From Minisyncoccota bacterium (GTDB lineage: Bacteria; Patescibacteriota; Minisyncoccia; Phycocordibacterales; CSBR16-119), in assembly GCA_041389065.1 (NCBI GenBank), contig JAWKSM010000003.1, forward strand, positions 17,595 through 81,594: a stretch of DNA of 64,000 nucleotides, written 5' to 3'. The notes beneath the pieces were generated by a model. That model was not told the origin of the DNA. It searched no databases and worked only from the letters and a program-made list of their open reading frames with translations. Made by a program: the position numbers and the translations under genes. Numbering within the stretch: the first letter of the stretch is position 1; every line of letters begins with the position of its first letter. Of this stretch, positions 30,305-39,679 are shown piece after piece.

Positions 30305-31029
30305 ATTTATTAAATTGGAAACGAGAAAAGTATATCATTTTTTTATTTTGTGGCAAGAAAAGTGCCCTCGTCGATTACAGCGGGGCAGAGTTGGGTTAAT
30401 GGTTTCTTAAACCAAAACCTTTGAACGTTTCTTCGTAAGCCTCACGGGAGACAGTAGCTCACATCGAACAAGGCTTTTGTTGTGGATCACAACACGAACA
30501 GCGCGAATGTTATTCATCTTGATCTCGGCGCCGTTATAGAAAATGCGTGACCTCTTATCAACATAGAAGATAGATGCCATACCAGCATTATGCGTCGATC
30601 AAGTGAAATCAGGGGATCGTCTTCGCGATCCAACAAGTCCATTGTATATTGATGGCGAGAAGTGAATATTTGGACATTGTCGAGATATCATATCCATTTC
30701 AGCAGACGGAGGGAGTGCACTTTGGCTTGAGGCTGATACACGATGAAGGACCTCAGGTTCCTTCAACTTTTGCGAGTTAAACTTGTTGAGTAGCCCGGCG
30801 TGCCGTGACGTAACCCTTTGAAAGATACACTACTTCTTTAGGTTGCATGTTGGTTGGTTTGTTTTGGTGAACTTCCAGAATATAAACTACCATTTTTTCA
30901 AATTAAGTCAAATAGATTGAGTTTATAAAAATAATGTTGTATCTTTATAAAATAATTGCACGGTTAGACTCTCCGCTCGTAATAAGTTTTACGTTCGGGC
31001 AAGAATTGGTAGACTAACCGTAAAATAAT

Positions 31030-31102
31030 GCGCGGTTAGCTCAGTTGGTAGAGCGACTCATTGACGTTGAGTAGGCCAGGGGTTCGAATCCCTTATCGCG
31101 CA
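31030..31102 (+). tRNA. tRNA-Val (GAC)
   Basis: GCGCGGTTAGCTCAGTTGGTAGAGC... The anticodon arm is ACTCA-TTGACGT-TGAGT and the T-arm is AGGGGTTCGAATCCCTT. Confidence 0.9.
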
Positions 31103-31187
31103 CATAAAATAGTTTAACCAGAACACGCAGTGTTCTGGTCTTAATTTTAAACACATGGTTTTTCAAATATAGCTTTATACTATAGAC

Positions 31188-31853
31188 ATGACGGCTTTTG
31201 CGCTCAAACTAATAGCAATAATAACCATGACAATAGACCATGTCGGGTTTTTATTTTTTCCAGAATCTCTGACACTACGAATAATTGGCAGAATCTCCTT
31301 CCCTATTTTTGCATTTCTTATCGCAGAAGGTTTTATAAAAACAAGTAGTGTAAAAAAATATTTAGGAAGACTGACAATCTTTGCGCTCATCTCACAAATA
31401 CCTTTTGGATATTTTGAAAGTTTTGGCGGAAATGTTGGTTTTCATTTAAATATTTTGTTCACCCTAGCTTTGGGAGTTTTGATTTTAGCTCTAGTAAATG
31501 AAACAAGGAAAACTTTTTTAAAAATTTTAATAATTTTGGGTGGCGCAGCTTTAGCGCATTTTGGATCTTTTTCTTACGGAGCTTATGGAATATTTTCAAT
31601 ACTTGGAAGCTATCTTTTCTTGGCAAAAAACAGAAAGCAAGGGGTAGTCGCGCTTTCGGTTCTTCCATTTTTAGAAACCGTAAGACTTTTTTTAGAAAAA
31701 ATATTTTTCCTACAATTTTTTGCGATTTTAAGTTTAATTCCAATTTATTTTTACAACGGCGAACACGGTGCGAGATTATCTAAATGGGTTTTCTATTGTT
31801 TCTATCCGCTTCATATGATTATTTTATCTGTGATTTTTGTAGTTTGGTTTTAA
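31188..31853 (+). CDS. TraX family membrane protein
   Basis: LKLIAIITMTIDHVGFLFFP is a TraX-type N-terminus, and the protein is polytopic. Confidence 0.75.
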   Translation: MTAFALKLIAIITMTIDHVGFLFFPESLTLRIIGRISFPIFAFLIAEGFIKTSSVKKYLGRLTIFALISQIPFGYFESFGGNVGFHLNILFTLALGVLILALVNETRKTFLKILIILGGAALAHFGSFSYGAYGIFSILGSYLFLAKNRKQGVVALSVLPFLETVRLFLEKIFFLQFFAILSLIPIYFYNGEHGARLSKWVFYCFYPLHMIILSVIFVVWF

Positions 31854-31892
31854 TTGCTGAAAAACAAGAAAACTGATAATCTCCAAATATCT

Positions 31893-32993
31893 ATGAAAAT
31901 CTTATCAATAGAAACAAGCTGTGACGAAACAGCAATATCTATTATCGAAGCAAAGGGTGAAATAAATTCACCTTCTTTTGAAGTTTTGTCTGACGAAATA
32001 ATTTCTCAAGTAAATCTACATCAAGAGTTTGGCGGAGTTTATCCAAGCTTGGCAAAAAGAGAACACGCAAAAAACCTTCCTATAATTTTAGAAAAAACTC
32101 TAAAGGATGCAGATTTTTTTGTTTCTGGAAAAACTGAAATTTCAAAAGATGAGATTTTAAAGATTTTAGAAAGAGAACCAGAAATGGCAGAAAATCTTTG
32201 GAAGATAATTTCTTGTATAGAAAAACCAGAGATTGAATATATTGCTGTGACAGCTGGACCAGGACTCGAGCCAGCGCTTTGGGTTGGGATAACTTTTGCA
32301 AAAGCTTTGGCGCATGCTTGGAAAATCCCCTTGATCCCAGTAAACCACATGGAAGGTCACATTCTTTCTTTTTTGTTACAAGACACAGAAAACAAAATTA
32401 GCCAAAAACAAATTGAATTCCCCGCTCTTTCACTTTTAATTTCCGGAGGGCACACGGAATTAATTCTTGTAAAAGATTGGACGAAATATGAAAAAATCGG
32501 ACAAACAGTCGACGATGCAGTCGGAGAAGCTTTTGACAAAGTTGCGAGAATTTTAGGATTGCCATATCCTGGTGGACCAGAAATTTCAAAACTTGCAGAA
32601 CTTGGAAAAGAAAATGAAAAAATAAAACTTCCAAGACCAATGATAAAAACAAACGACTTTAACTTTTCTTTTTCAGGTTTGAAAACTGCAGTTCTTTATC
32701 TTGTCCGAGATCTTGGAGAAATTTCAGAACAAGACAAAAAAGATATTGCACGAGAATTTGAAACGGCTGTTGGAGATGTTTTTGTGCACAAAATTAAAAA
32801 CGCAATTAAAAAATATGGAGTTAAAGAACTCATAATCGGTGGTGGAGTTTCTGCAAACAAATATCTAAGAGAAAGACTGGCAAATGATTTAGATGTTGAA
32901 GTTTTGCTTCCATCAAAAAAACTAAGCACTGACAATTCGATAATGATCGGAATTGCCGGATATTTTAAAATAATTTCCAACCCAAAAAAATAG
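31893..32993 (+). CDS. tsaD: tRNA N6-adenosine threonylcarbamoyltransferase
   Basis: MKILSIETSCDETAISII...PVNHMEGHI...LLISGGHTEL. I chose the internal ATG at 31893. Confidence 0.9.
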   Translation: MKILSIETSCDETAISIIEAKGEINSPSFEVLSDEIISQVNLHQEFGGVYPSLAKREHAKNLPIILEKTLKDADFFVSGKTEISKDEILKILEREPEMAENLWKIISCIEKPEIEYIAVTAGPGLEPALWVGITFAKALAHAWKIPLIPVNHMEGHILSFLLQDTENKISQKQIEFPALSLLISGGHTELILVKDWTKYEKIGQTVDDAVGEAFDKVARILGLPYPGGPEISKLAELGKENEKIKLPRPMIKTNDFNFSFSGLKTAVLYLVRDLGEISEQDKKDIAREFETAVGDVFVHKIKNAIKKYGVKELIIGGGVSANKYLRERLANDLDVEVLLPSKKLSTDNSIMIGIAGYFKIISNPKK

Positions 32994-33043
32994 AGGGCCC
33001 GGACAGTGTCCGAGCCCTCCCGAATTGGTCGGTTGACCAAGGT

Positions 33044-34012
33044 CTATAGAAGCCACCCAAGAGAATTGCGTCGTCTGCCTTTGATGATAGCCCCAGCCTC
33101 CGAGCTTGTTGTAACTTCGAAAGTCATTCGAGGTTCTTCAAAGTTCACAACGCTGAAGCTGGCTGGCAAGTTGTCCACCAAAGCGACCTCAGGACTAACA
33201 ATCACCGCCCCAAGCTCTTCTTGCATTTTGACAAGCTTTGCAAGACCCAAAACGTGCTCGTGTATCATCTTGTCTGTATCCTCGGGAATCGCTTCACGAA
33301 AGCAAGCCTCAAAGTATCGACCCCGGGCACAGATGCATTAAGGAAGGATGCTATATATGCAGCACTCAGGTCGCTCCCTTCTCTTTCATAAGAGAAGTTT
33401 TTTGAACGCTTGATAAATGACCCGCAAGAAAACCTTGTATTACAAATATTTTGGACCCTTTTCAGGATATCGAATTCGTAGAAATGATCTCTTGTTTCAA
33501 TTCTTGATAATTTTTCATTAATAGAAACGTCGAAATACTCGTCTTCACTCGAAGAGAATATGATCTTTCGAGCGTCAACGATGTGAACCCTTCCCCTTTT
33601 GTAGCGAGATCTTCAGAAAGCGGAAAACTATTGCTTGGGAAAAATCCTCTCCCATCGCAACAATCTCAGCATAGATCTTTTTATCAGCATCACCATTTTG
33701 TCGAAGCTGATTGAGAAGAAACTTTGCGCGATCTTCCTTCTCGGCAAAGAATTCCCTCATGTCTTGATCATAGATCTTGAGGCCCTTAACCACACCCTTA
33801 TGGAATTCCAGAAAATCCTTGATGAAAGAATCGAAAGATGCACCTTCGACAATCTTCACTAAAGTATTCGTCATTCCATAAAAGGCAGATACGACGATAA
33901 TGGTGTTGCCGCCATACAACTTGTGTAGTTGCTTATATGTTTTTAACAGGGTCAATAAGTCCTCTGCGGTGCGAATGCATCCACCACCGAACTTGATTAT
34001 GTTAAAGTGCAT
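33044..34012 (-). pseudogene. aspartokinase-like (amino-acid kinase family) gene; GC-rich and frame-broken
   Basis: The N-terminus IIKFGGGCIRTAEDL...IIVVSAFYGMTNTL is the amino-acid kinase signature. Downstream fragments read REGSDLSAAYIASFLNA and GAVIVSPEVA in other frames. Confidence 0.65.
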
Positions 34013-34107
34013 GAGTTCTCGTGTTTTCGTTTAATAATGAGATTACAACATTTACAATAGAAGTCAAATGAGTTTTAAAATAGGCGCTTTTGTGCTATAT
34101 TTTCCAA

Positions 34108-36279
34108 ATGAACGAAAAATTTCTAAAGCCCTACAACCCAAAAGAAACTGAAGATAAAATTTACAAAATCTGGGAAAATTCTGGCTTTTTTAATCCTGAT
34201 AATTTACCAGGTGAAAGAAAAGAGACCTTTTCGATTGTGCTTCCACCTCCAAACGTCACTGGAACACTTCACACAGGACACGCTTCAATGCTCGCAATAG
34301 AAGATACGATTGTTCGATTTGAAAGAATGAGTGGCAAAAAAACACTCTGGCTTCCAGGAACAGACCACGCTGCAATAGCGACTCAATCAAAAGTTGAAAA
34401 AATTTTAGAAAAAGAAGGAATTAAAAAAAGTGAAATTGGTCGCGAAGAATTTTTAAAGCATGTTGAAAAATTTGCACAAGATTCTCATGACACAATAGTT
34501 TCTCAATGTAAAAAAATGGGATCGTCTCTTGATTGGTCACGAGAAGCTTTTACGCTCGATGAAACCCGTCACAAGGCAGTTTTTCTAGCTTTCAAAAAAA
34601 TGTATGAAGCTGGTCTTATTTATAGAAAACACAGAATTGTAAACTGGGATCCAAAAGGACAAACAACTATTTCCGACGATGAAGTAATTCGAGAAAACAG
34701 AAAGGGAAAAATGTATACTTTTAAATATTCTCATGACTTCCCTTTCCCAATTGCAACAACTCGTCCAGAAACAAAACTTGGCGATACTGCTGTGGCCGTT
34801 CACCCAGACGACGCTCGATACAAAGAATTTATTGGAAAAGAATATTCTTTTGATTTTGCTGGTGAACCGGTGACCGTAAAAATTATTGGAGACAATGCTG
34901 TGGACCCTGAGTTTGGAGTTGGGGCTCTTGGTGTTACTCCAGCACACTCACAAATAGACTGGGAAATTGCACAAAGACACAACCTTCCTGTAAAACAGGT
35001 TATAAATGAATATGGTAAATTGACTGTCGGAATGGAAGGTGTAAAAGATACCAAAGTTGAAGTAGCTCGAGCAAAAGTTGTTGAGTGGCTTCGTGAACAA
35101 AATCTTTTGATTGAAGAAAAAGAAATAGATCAAAGTGTGGGAACAGCAGAGCGAACAGGAGCTGTTATTGAACCACTTCCAAAAATGCAATGGTGGATTG
35201 ATGTAAATAAACCAATAAAAGATAACAAGTCTTTAAAAGATTTAATGCTTGAAAAAGTAAAAGATGGTCAAATTGAAATTCTTCCTGAAAGATTTGAGAA
35301 AACATATTTTCACTGGATTGAAAATTTGCGTGATTGGAACATTTCTCGGCAGATTTGGTATGGACACAGAATTCCGGCTTGGTACCAGTCCACTGAAGAT
35401 GGTCGGACAAATAACGATGAAGAAATTAAAATATCTTTAACTTCACCTGGCGAAAATTGGAAACAAGATGAAGACACCTTAGACACTTGGTTTTCTTCTG
35501 GACTTTGGACTTTCTCAACCCTACTGGACCCTGAAAATTACGTTGAAGATTTAAAAGAATGGCTGAAAAAATCTCCTGACAATATTTACCATCCTACAAA
35601 CCTTCTTGAAACTGGTTACGATATTATCTTTTTCTGGGTTGCCAGAATGATATTAATGACGACTTTTCTAGTTGATGAAATCCCCTTCAAAACTGTTTAT
35701 CTGCACGGACTAGTTCGCGACAAACAAGGAAGAAAAATGTCGAAATCTTTGGGAAATATTGTAGACCCGCTGGATTTGATAAATTCTTTTGGTGCTGATG
35801 CTCTTAGAATGTCTTTGATAGTTGGTGTTGGACCAGGGCAAGACAACAACTTGAGCGAAGACAAGGTAAAAGCCTACTCAAAATTTGCCAACAAAATTTG
35901 GAACGCGACGCGCTTTGTTTTGGAAAACACAGCTGACTTTGATGAATCGAAAAAGCCAAACCTTGAGTCAAGACACGAAGAATATATAAACGAATGGAAA
36001 AATCTTGTAAAAGAAGTTACAAAAGAAATGGAAGAATACAAACTTTATTTGGTTGGAGAAAAACTTTATCACTTTTTCTGGCATCGTTTTGCCGATGTAA
36101 TAATCGAGGATTGTAAAAAAGATTTAAACGATTCTTCAAAATACACCTTAATTTACTTACTAAAAGAACAACTAAAAGCGCTTCATCCTTTTATGCCTTT
36201 TGTGACAGAAGAAATCTGGGGACTTATCCACGATGAAAAACCGGAAAAATTGCTTATAATTGAAGCATGGCCGGCGTAG
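34108..36279 (+). CDS. valS: valine--tRNA ligase (short form, no long C-terminal coiled coil)
   Basis: PPPNVTGTLHTGH (HIGH motif), KMSKSLGN (KMSKS motif), and a TRPET-like TRPETKLGDTA segment. Confidence 0.95.
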   Translation: MNEKFLKPYNPKETEDKIYKIWENSGFFNPDNLPGERKETFSIVLPPPNVTGTLHTGHASMLAIEDTIVRFERMSGKKTLWLPGTDHAAIATQSKVEKILEKEGIKKSEIGREEFLKHVEKFAQDSHDTIVSQCKKMGSSLDWSREAFTLDETRHKAVFLAFKKMYEAGLIYRKHRIVNWDPKGQTTISDDEVIRENRKGKMYTFKYSHDFPFPIATTRPETKLGDTAVAVHPDDARYKEFIGKEYSFDFAGEPVTVKIIGDNAVDPEFGVGALGVTPAHSQIDWEIAQRHNLPVKQVINEYGKLTVGMEGVKDTKVEVARAKVVEWLREQNLLIEEKEIDQSVGTAERTGAVIEPLPKMQWWIDVNKPIKDNKSLKDLMLEKVKDGQIEILPERFEKTYFHWIENLRDWNISRQIWYGHRIPAWYQSTEDGRTNNDEEIKISLTSPGENWKQDEDTLDTWFSSGLWTFSTLLDPENYVEDLKEWLKKSPDNIYHPTNLLETGYDIIFFWVARMILMTTFLVDEIPFKTVYLHGLVRDKQGRKMSKSLGNIVDPLDLINSFGADALRMSLIVGVGPGQDNNLSEDKVKAYSKFANKIWNATRFVLENTADFDESKKPNLESRHEEYINEWKNLVKEVTKEMEEYKLYLVGEKLYHFFWHRFADVIIEDCKKDLNDSSKYTLIYLLKEQLKALHPFMPFVTEEIWGLIHDEKPEKLLIIEAWPA

Positions 36280-36950
36280 GTTTCAAGACTATCTTTTTTG
36301 CACTTATAGGAGGAATAATACCAGCACTTTTGTGGCTGTGGTTTTGGCTTCGTGAAGACAGTCAAAAACCAGAACCAAAAATCCTACTTCTTCTAACTTT
36401 TCTAATCGGAATGATTTCGGTTCTTGTTGTTTTGCCGATCCAAAAACTCTTCATCGGAATGAATTTAAACGAAACTGTTCTGACCATCATTTGGGCAAGT
36501 ATCGAAGAAATAATAAAGTTTGGAGCTGTTTGGGTTATTGCACTCAGTAGTAGTTCGGCAGACGAACCAATCGACTTTGCAATGTATATGATAATTGGAG
36601 CACTTGGTTTTGCCGCTCTTGAAAATGCATTGTTTTTGATCGACCCAATAGACTTGGGAGAATCTACAGTTGCACTCATCACCGGAAACCTTCGTTTTCT
36701 TGGCGCAATGCTTTTACACGCTGTTTCTTCAGCTTCTATTGGTATAATGCTCGGTCTTTCTTTCTATCGCGGATGGTTTTCGAGAAAAATTTACTTTTTA
36801 ATTGGTTTAGGAGGCGCAATCACCTTGCATAGCACATTTAATTTTCTTATAATTAACAATAACGGAAGTTTACTGAATGTCTTTAGCATGCTGTGGGTTG
36901 TAACGATTATAGTTTTACTTATGTTCGAGCAACTTCGAAGAATGTCGTAA
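36267..36950 (+). CDS. prsW: PrsW family intramembrane metalloprotease
   Basis: Polytopic protein with an EEIIKFG (EExxK) motif and a later LLHAVSSASIG segment. Confidence 0.7.
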   Translation: MAGVGFKTIFFALIGGIIPALLWLWFWLREDSQKPEPKILLLLTFLIGMISVLVVLPIQKLFIGMNLNETVLTIIWASIEEIIKFGAVWVIALSSSSADEPIDFAMYMIIGALGFAALENALFLIDPIDLGESTVALITGNLRFLGAMLLHAVSSASIGIMLGLSFYRGWFSRKIYFLIGLGGAITLHSTFNFLIINNNGSLLNVFSMLWVVTIIVLLMFEQLRRMS

Positions 36951-36980
36951 AGAATTTATAAATTTTATTTTTGATAATCT

Positions 36981-37490
36981 ATGTTTAAAAAGAGATCTTT
37001 TTTTGAAAAACTAACTGGCGGACTTTCACTTCGTGATTACGATGAAGATGTTTTCGACGAAGAAGATGATTTTGAAACCGAAGACGAAATTGAAACAAAA
37101 AAAGAATCTCGAAAAGTTCCTGTAACAAACGAAAAAGAATGGATCGAGGAAGAAGAACAAATTGGAGAACTTTCTGTCGATGTTTATCAAACAAATAGCG
37201 ATATTGTGGTTCAAGCAATGGTTGCTGGAGTTCGTCCAGAAGATTTAAACGTAGATATCACAAGAGACACAGTAACAATCTCAGGAAGTCGAAAAGAAAG
37301 CAAGACAGTAAAAGACGACGAATACTTTACACAAGAACTTTATTGGGGATCTTTTTCAAGAACTATAGCGTTGCCGGAAGAAGTTGATCCAGATGAAGCA
37401 GAAGCGACAGAAAAACACGGATTGCTTGTTCTCAAACTCCCAAAGATAGACAAGAACAGACAAACAAAATTGAAGATTAAGTCTATATAA
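36981..37490 (+). CDS. Hsp20/alpha-crystallin small heat-shock protein
   Basis: DVYQTNSDIVVQAMVAGVRPEDLNVDI...GSFSRTIALPEEVD...HGLLVLKLPK is an alpha-crystallin domain. Confidence 0.85.
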   Translation: MFKKRSFFEKLTGGLSLRDYDEDVFDEEDDFETEDEIETKKESRKVPVTNEKEWIEEEEQIGELSVDVYQTNSDIVVQAMVAGVRPEDLNVDITRDTVTISGSRKESKTVKDDEYFTQELYWGSFSRTIALPEEVDPDEAEATEKHGLLVLKLPKIDKNRQTKLKIKSI

Positions 37491-37497
37491 ACGAATA

Positions 37498-37522
37498 GAA
37501 GCCCTCCTGTTTGGAGGGCTTC
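37498..37522. terminator. bidirectional terminator between convergent genes
   Basis: GAAGCCCTCC-TGTTT-GGAGGGCTTC. Confidence 0.7.
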
Positions 37523-37542
37523 TTCGATGGTAGTGTGCATGA

Positions 37543-38052
37543 TCAGGCTTCGGCATATTGCCACTGGAGCAGTTCAAGCATTGAGACGCTCGGGTCTTGG
37601 ACATGTAGCATATATGCGGTGCATACTTCTTCAAGCTTGTAATCACGAGCAACGAGTGTACGCGCTACATCATCAGGAACGCCTGCCATACAGGCAAGAA
37701 TAGCCTTAGCACGATTCTCAATCGGCCCGCGCATTGCATCAATCCTTATCCAAAGTTCACGGTCACGGAAGACACGATGAGTTGGAACTCCAGTCTCAAG
37801 ACCAAAAATGACTTGAGCAAGATGATGGAGATGGCACATCTCCAAAATCGACCCATCCAAAGTGGTCGTGTCAACGGTATCCATACCCGATGACTTAATC
37901 GTGATGATGCGCGGAGTGAAACCGGCAAGTTGAACATCTTGCCAGTTCAAGTGCTGAATGAAACGCACAAGAGCCTTATCAAGAGTCGTTTTGCCACACA
38001 GAGTGTCAGTGGGTTTACCGCCACGGATACGATCTTCAGTATATGTGATCAT
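37543..38052 (-). CDS. hypothetical protein (GC-rich orphan)
   Basis: 169-aa ORF with GC-richer composition and no recognised motif. Confidence 0.55.
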   Translation of the reverse strand: MITYTEDRIRGGKPTDTLCGKTTLDKALVRFIQHLNWQDVQLAGFTPRIITIKSSGMDTVDTTTLDGSILEMCHLHHLAQVIFGLETGVPTHRVFRDRELWIRIDAMRGPIENRAKAILACMAGVPDDVARTLVARDYKLEEVCTAYMLHVQDPSVSMLELLQWQYAEA

Positions 38053-38158
38053 GGAAGGTACTTGTTTTGGTTGACTTGTATAATATCATAATATAAATAA
38101 AAAGTCAATAGTATTTATAAAAAAATAACCTCAAGCAAAGAGGCTATTTTTTATGTTG

Positions 38159-38230
38159 TGCTCAGAGCCAGGTTCGAACTGGCGACCCTTCCTCTTCAGG
38201 GGAATGCTCTACCAACTGAGCTATCTGAGC
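38159..38230 (-). tRNA. tRNA-Phe (GAA)
   Basis: GCTCAGATAGCTCAGTTGGTAGAGCA... The anticodon loop is CTGAAGA and the T-arm is GCCAGTTCGAACCTGGC. One C-A mismatch and a 4-nt variable region suggest a possible indel. Confidence 0.8.
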
Positions 38231-38311
38231 AGATTCGCTTTGACGGGCTTCGGACCTATCTCCGCGTTGGTATAAGAGAGATTTTAAACGAAAACGAGGA
38301 AATAATCAACT

Positions 38312-38569
38312 CTAGAAAGGCAACCTGTCACGAGCCTCTTGTAGCTCGTCTAAAGATGTCCTGGCGCTCTCATACGAATCTCTAAGCTGGTTTACGTAAG
38401 GCATAATAAATCTATAAGCCATAACAAGAAGTGCTACATATATCAACAACTTTAAAAATCGCCAAAAAGCAGCTCTTTTTTGTGCACCTCGCATCTTTCG
38501 AAGCATTTCGTTGTTTTCCCTAGAAAGCCTAAGTGTCTCTCTCAACATTTTTTCTTGATCTTGATCCAT
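38312..38569 (-). CDS. small hypothetical membrane protein
   Basis: 85 aa with a central TM, FWRFLKLLIYVALLVMAYRFI. Confidence 0.5.
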   Translation of the reverse strand: MDQDQEKMLRETLRLSRENNEMLRKMRGAQKRAAFWRFLKLLIYVALLVMAYRFIMPYVNQLRDSYESARTSLDELQEARDRLPF

Positions 38570-38597
38570 GAAAATATTTTACCATAAAATCCTCTTG

Positions 38598-38679
38598 TGC
38601 CCCCACTCCGAATCGAACGGGGATCTATTCCTTCCGCCTTCGCTAAAGACCACGGACGGACAAGTAGGATTATGTAATG
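38598..38679 (-). other. orphan tRNA 3'-half-like element (T-arm plus acceptor strand, no matching 5' half)
   Basis: The minus strand ends ...GATCCCCGTTCGATTCGGAGTGGGGGCA. The upstream 50 nt contain no GCCCCCA acceptor partner and no cloverleaf. Confidence 0.5.
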
Positions 38680-38751
38680 TGTCCCTAGCAGGAATCGAAC
38701 CTACAATTACTCCTTAGGACGGAGTCGTTATATCCATTTAACTACAGGGAC
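38680..38751 (-). tRNA. tRNA-Arg (CCU)
   Basis: GTCCCTGTAGTTAAATGGATATAAC... The anticodon arm is ACTCC-GTCCTAA-GGAGT and the T-arm is GTAGGTTCGATTCCTGC. Confidence 0.9.
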
Positions 38752-38819
38752 AATTTATACGCACTAAAGGCGATAGGTGCATTTTACATTCTATCGAAAG
38801 AAAAAACTAGTAATAAAAA

Positions 38820-38840
38820 GGGCGCGCCTCCGGCGCGCCC
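38820..38840. terminator. bidirectional intrinsic terminator
   Basis: GGGCGCGC-CTCCG-GCGCGCCC flanked by AAAA and TTTTT. Confidence 0.75.
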
Positions 38841-38846
38841 TTTTTA

Positions 38847-39080
38847 TTACATCCCCAAAAGTTCTTTAATCTTTCCTTCATCAAAACCAATCACCATTTC
38901 CCCATCGATAAAGATTACCGGAACACCCATTTGTCCAGAGCGTTCTATCACCTCGCCTCTTTTTACTTCATCTTTTGAAACATCATAATCAGTAAAAGCA
39001 ACATTATTTGCTGTAAAAAAATCTTTTGCCATATGACAAAAATGACATGTTGGTGTTGAGTAAATTTCTACATTTTTCAT
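38847..39080 (-). CDS. glutaredoxin-like protein (NrdH/Grx family)
   Basis: VEIYSTPTCHFCHMAKDFF carries the CxxC motif, and GVPVIFIDGEMVIGFD follows. Confidence 0.85.
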   Translation of the reverse strand: MKNVEIYSTPTCHFCHMAKDFFTANNVAFTDYDVSKDEVKRGEVIERSGQMGVPVIFIDGEMVIGFDEGKIKELLGM

Positions 39081-39159
39081 GAAAATCAAGACGACGAGAT
39101 ATTAACTCTGGCGTCATATTAACTAGTAAGTTTTTCTATAATATCACAAAATTATTTTT

Positions 39160-39537
39160 TTAAAAAATATTTTTGATAAAGTTAAAAAATCCTCTATTCT
39201 CTTCACTTTTTTCTGACTTATCGCCTTCTTCTGCGTCTATTACGATAATAGATTTTTCTCCTGCTTTTATAATTCCGAACTTTTCACGAAGAGATTTTTC
39301 AACCCCAAAAGGCGTATTCATATCGTTTAAAGAATTTTTCAGATCAGCTTCTTGATCTTCTAATTTTTGTAACTCACTTTCTACTTGGCGAGTTTTTTCT
39401 TTTGCAACTCTACTTTTTTTATATGTTGATATGGCGCTATAAGAAAAAAGAACCAAAAGAGAAATTAAAACAACGTAAGAAAAAGGATTTCTTATAACTT
39501 TATTTATCCATCTCTCTTTCCTTATGTGTCTATCCAT
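39160..39537 (-). CDS. septum formation initiator (FtsB/DivIC-like)
   Basis: One TM, then the coiled coil EKTRQVESELQKLEDQEADLKN and SLREKFGIIKAGEKSI. Confidence 0.65.
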   Translation of the reverse strand: MDRHIRKERWINKVIRNPFSYVVLISLLVLFSYSAISTYKKSRVAKEKTRQVESELQKLEDQEADLKNSLNDMNTPFGVEKSLREKFGIIKAGEKSIIVIDAEEGDKSEKSEENRGFFNFIKNIF

Positions 39538-39567
39538 AAATTATATTATAGTATATAATTTCAAAAT

Positions 39568-39678
39568 ATGATTTTTAATCCTAAACACAAGAAAAAAATC
39601 CAAAGAATTTGGGCTGTTATTTCATTTTTAGTGATAATCAGCTTTATATTCCTTTACGCGCCTTCTTTGTTTCAATAG
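39568..39678 (+). CDS. possible 36-aa membrane peptide
   Basis: ATG...TAG encodes MIFNPKHKKKIQRIWAVISFLVIISFIFLYAPSLFQ. A TATAAT-like box lies just upstream. It is below the ORF-track cutoff. Confidence 0.3.
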   Translation: MIFNPKHKKKIQRIWAVISFLVIISFIFLYAPSLFQ

Positions 39679-39679
39679 A

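Noticed and set aside
28040-31030. Calling the tRNA-flanked GC-rich island a bona fide integrative mobile element.
   Set aside because: There is no integrase, recombinase or transposase gene, and no direct repeat of the tRNA 3' end in the window. It is reported only as a compositional island.
38158-38385. ORFs overlapping tRNA genes (38158..38385, 58274..58525, 58566..58838, 57967..58315, 44625..44924).
   Set aside because: The sequence is fully explained by tRNA cloverleaves. The translations (for example PRVGVEPTS, PRRGLEPPR) are the well-known spurious readings of tRNA T-arms.
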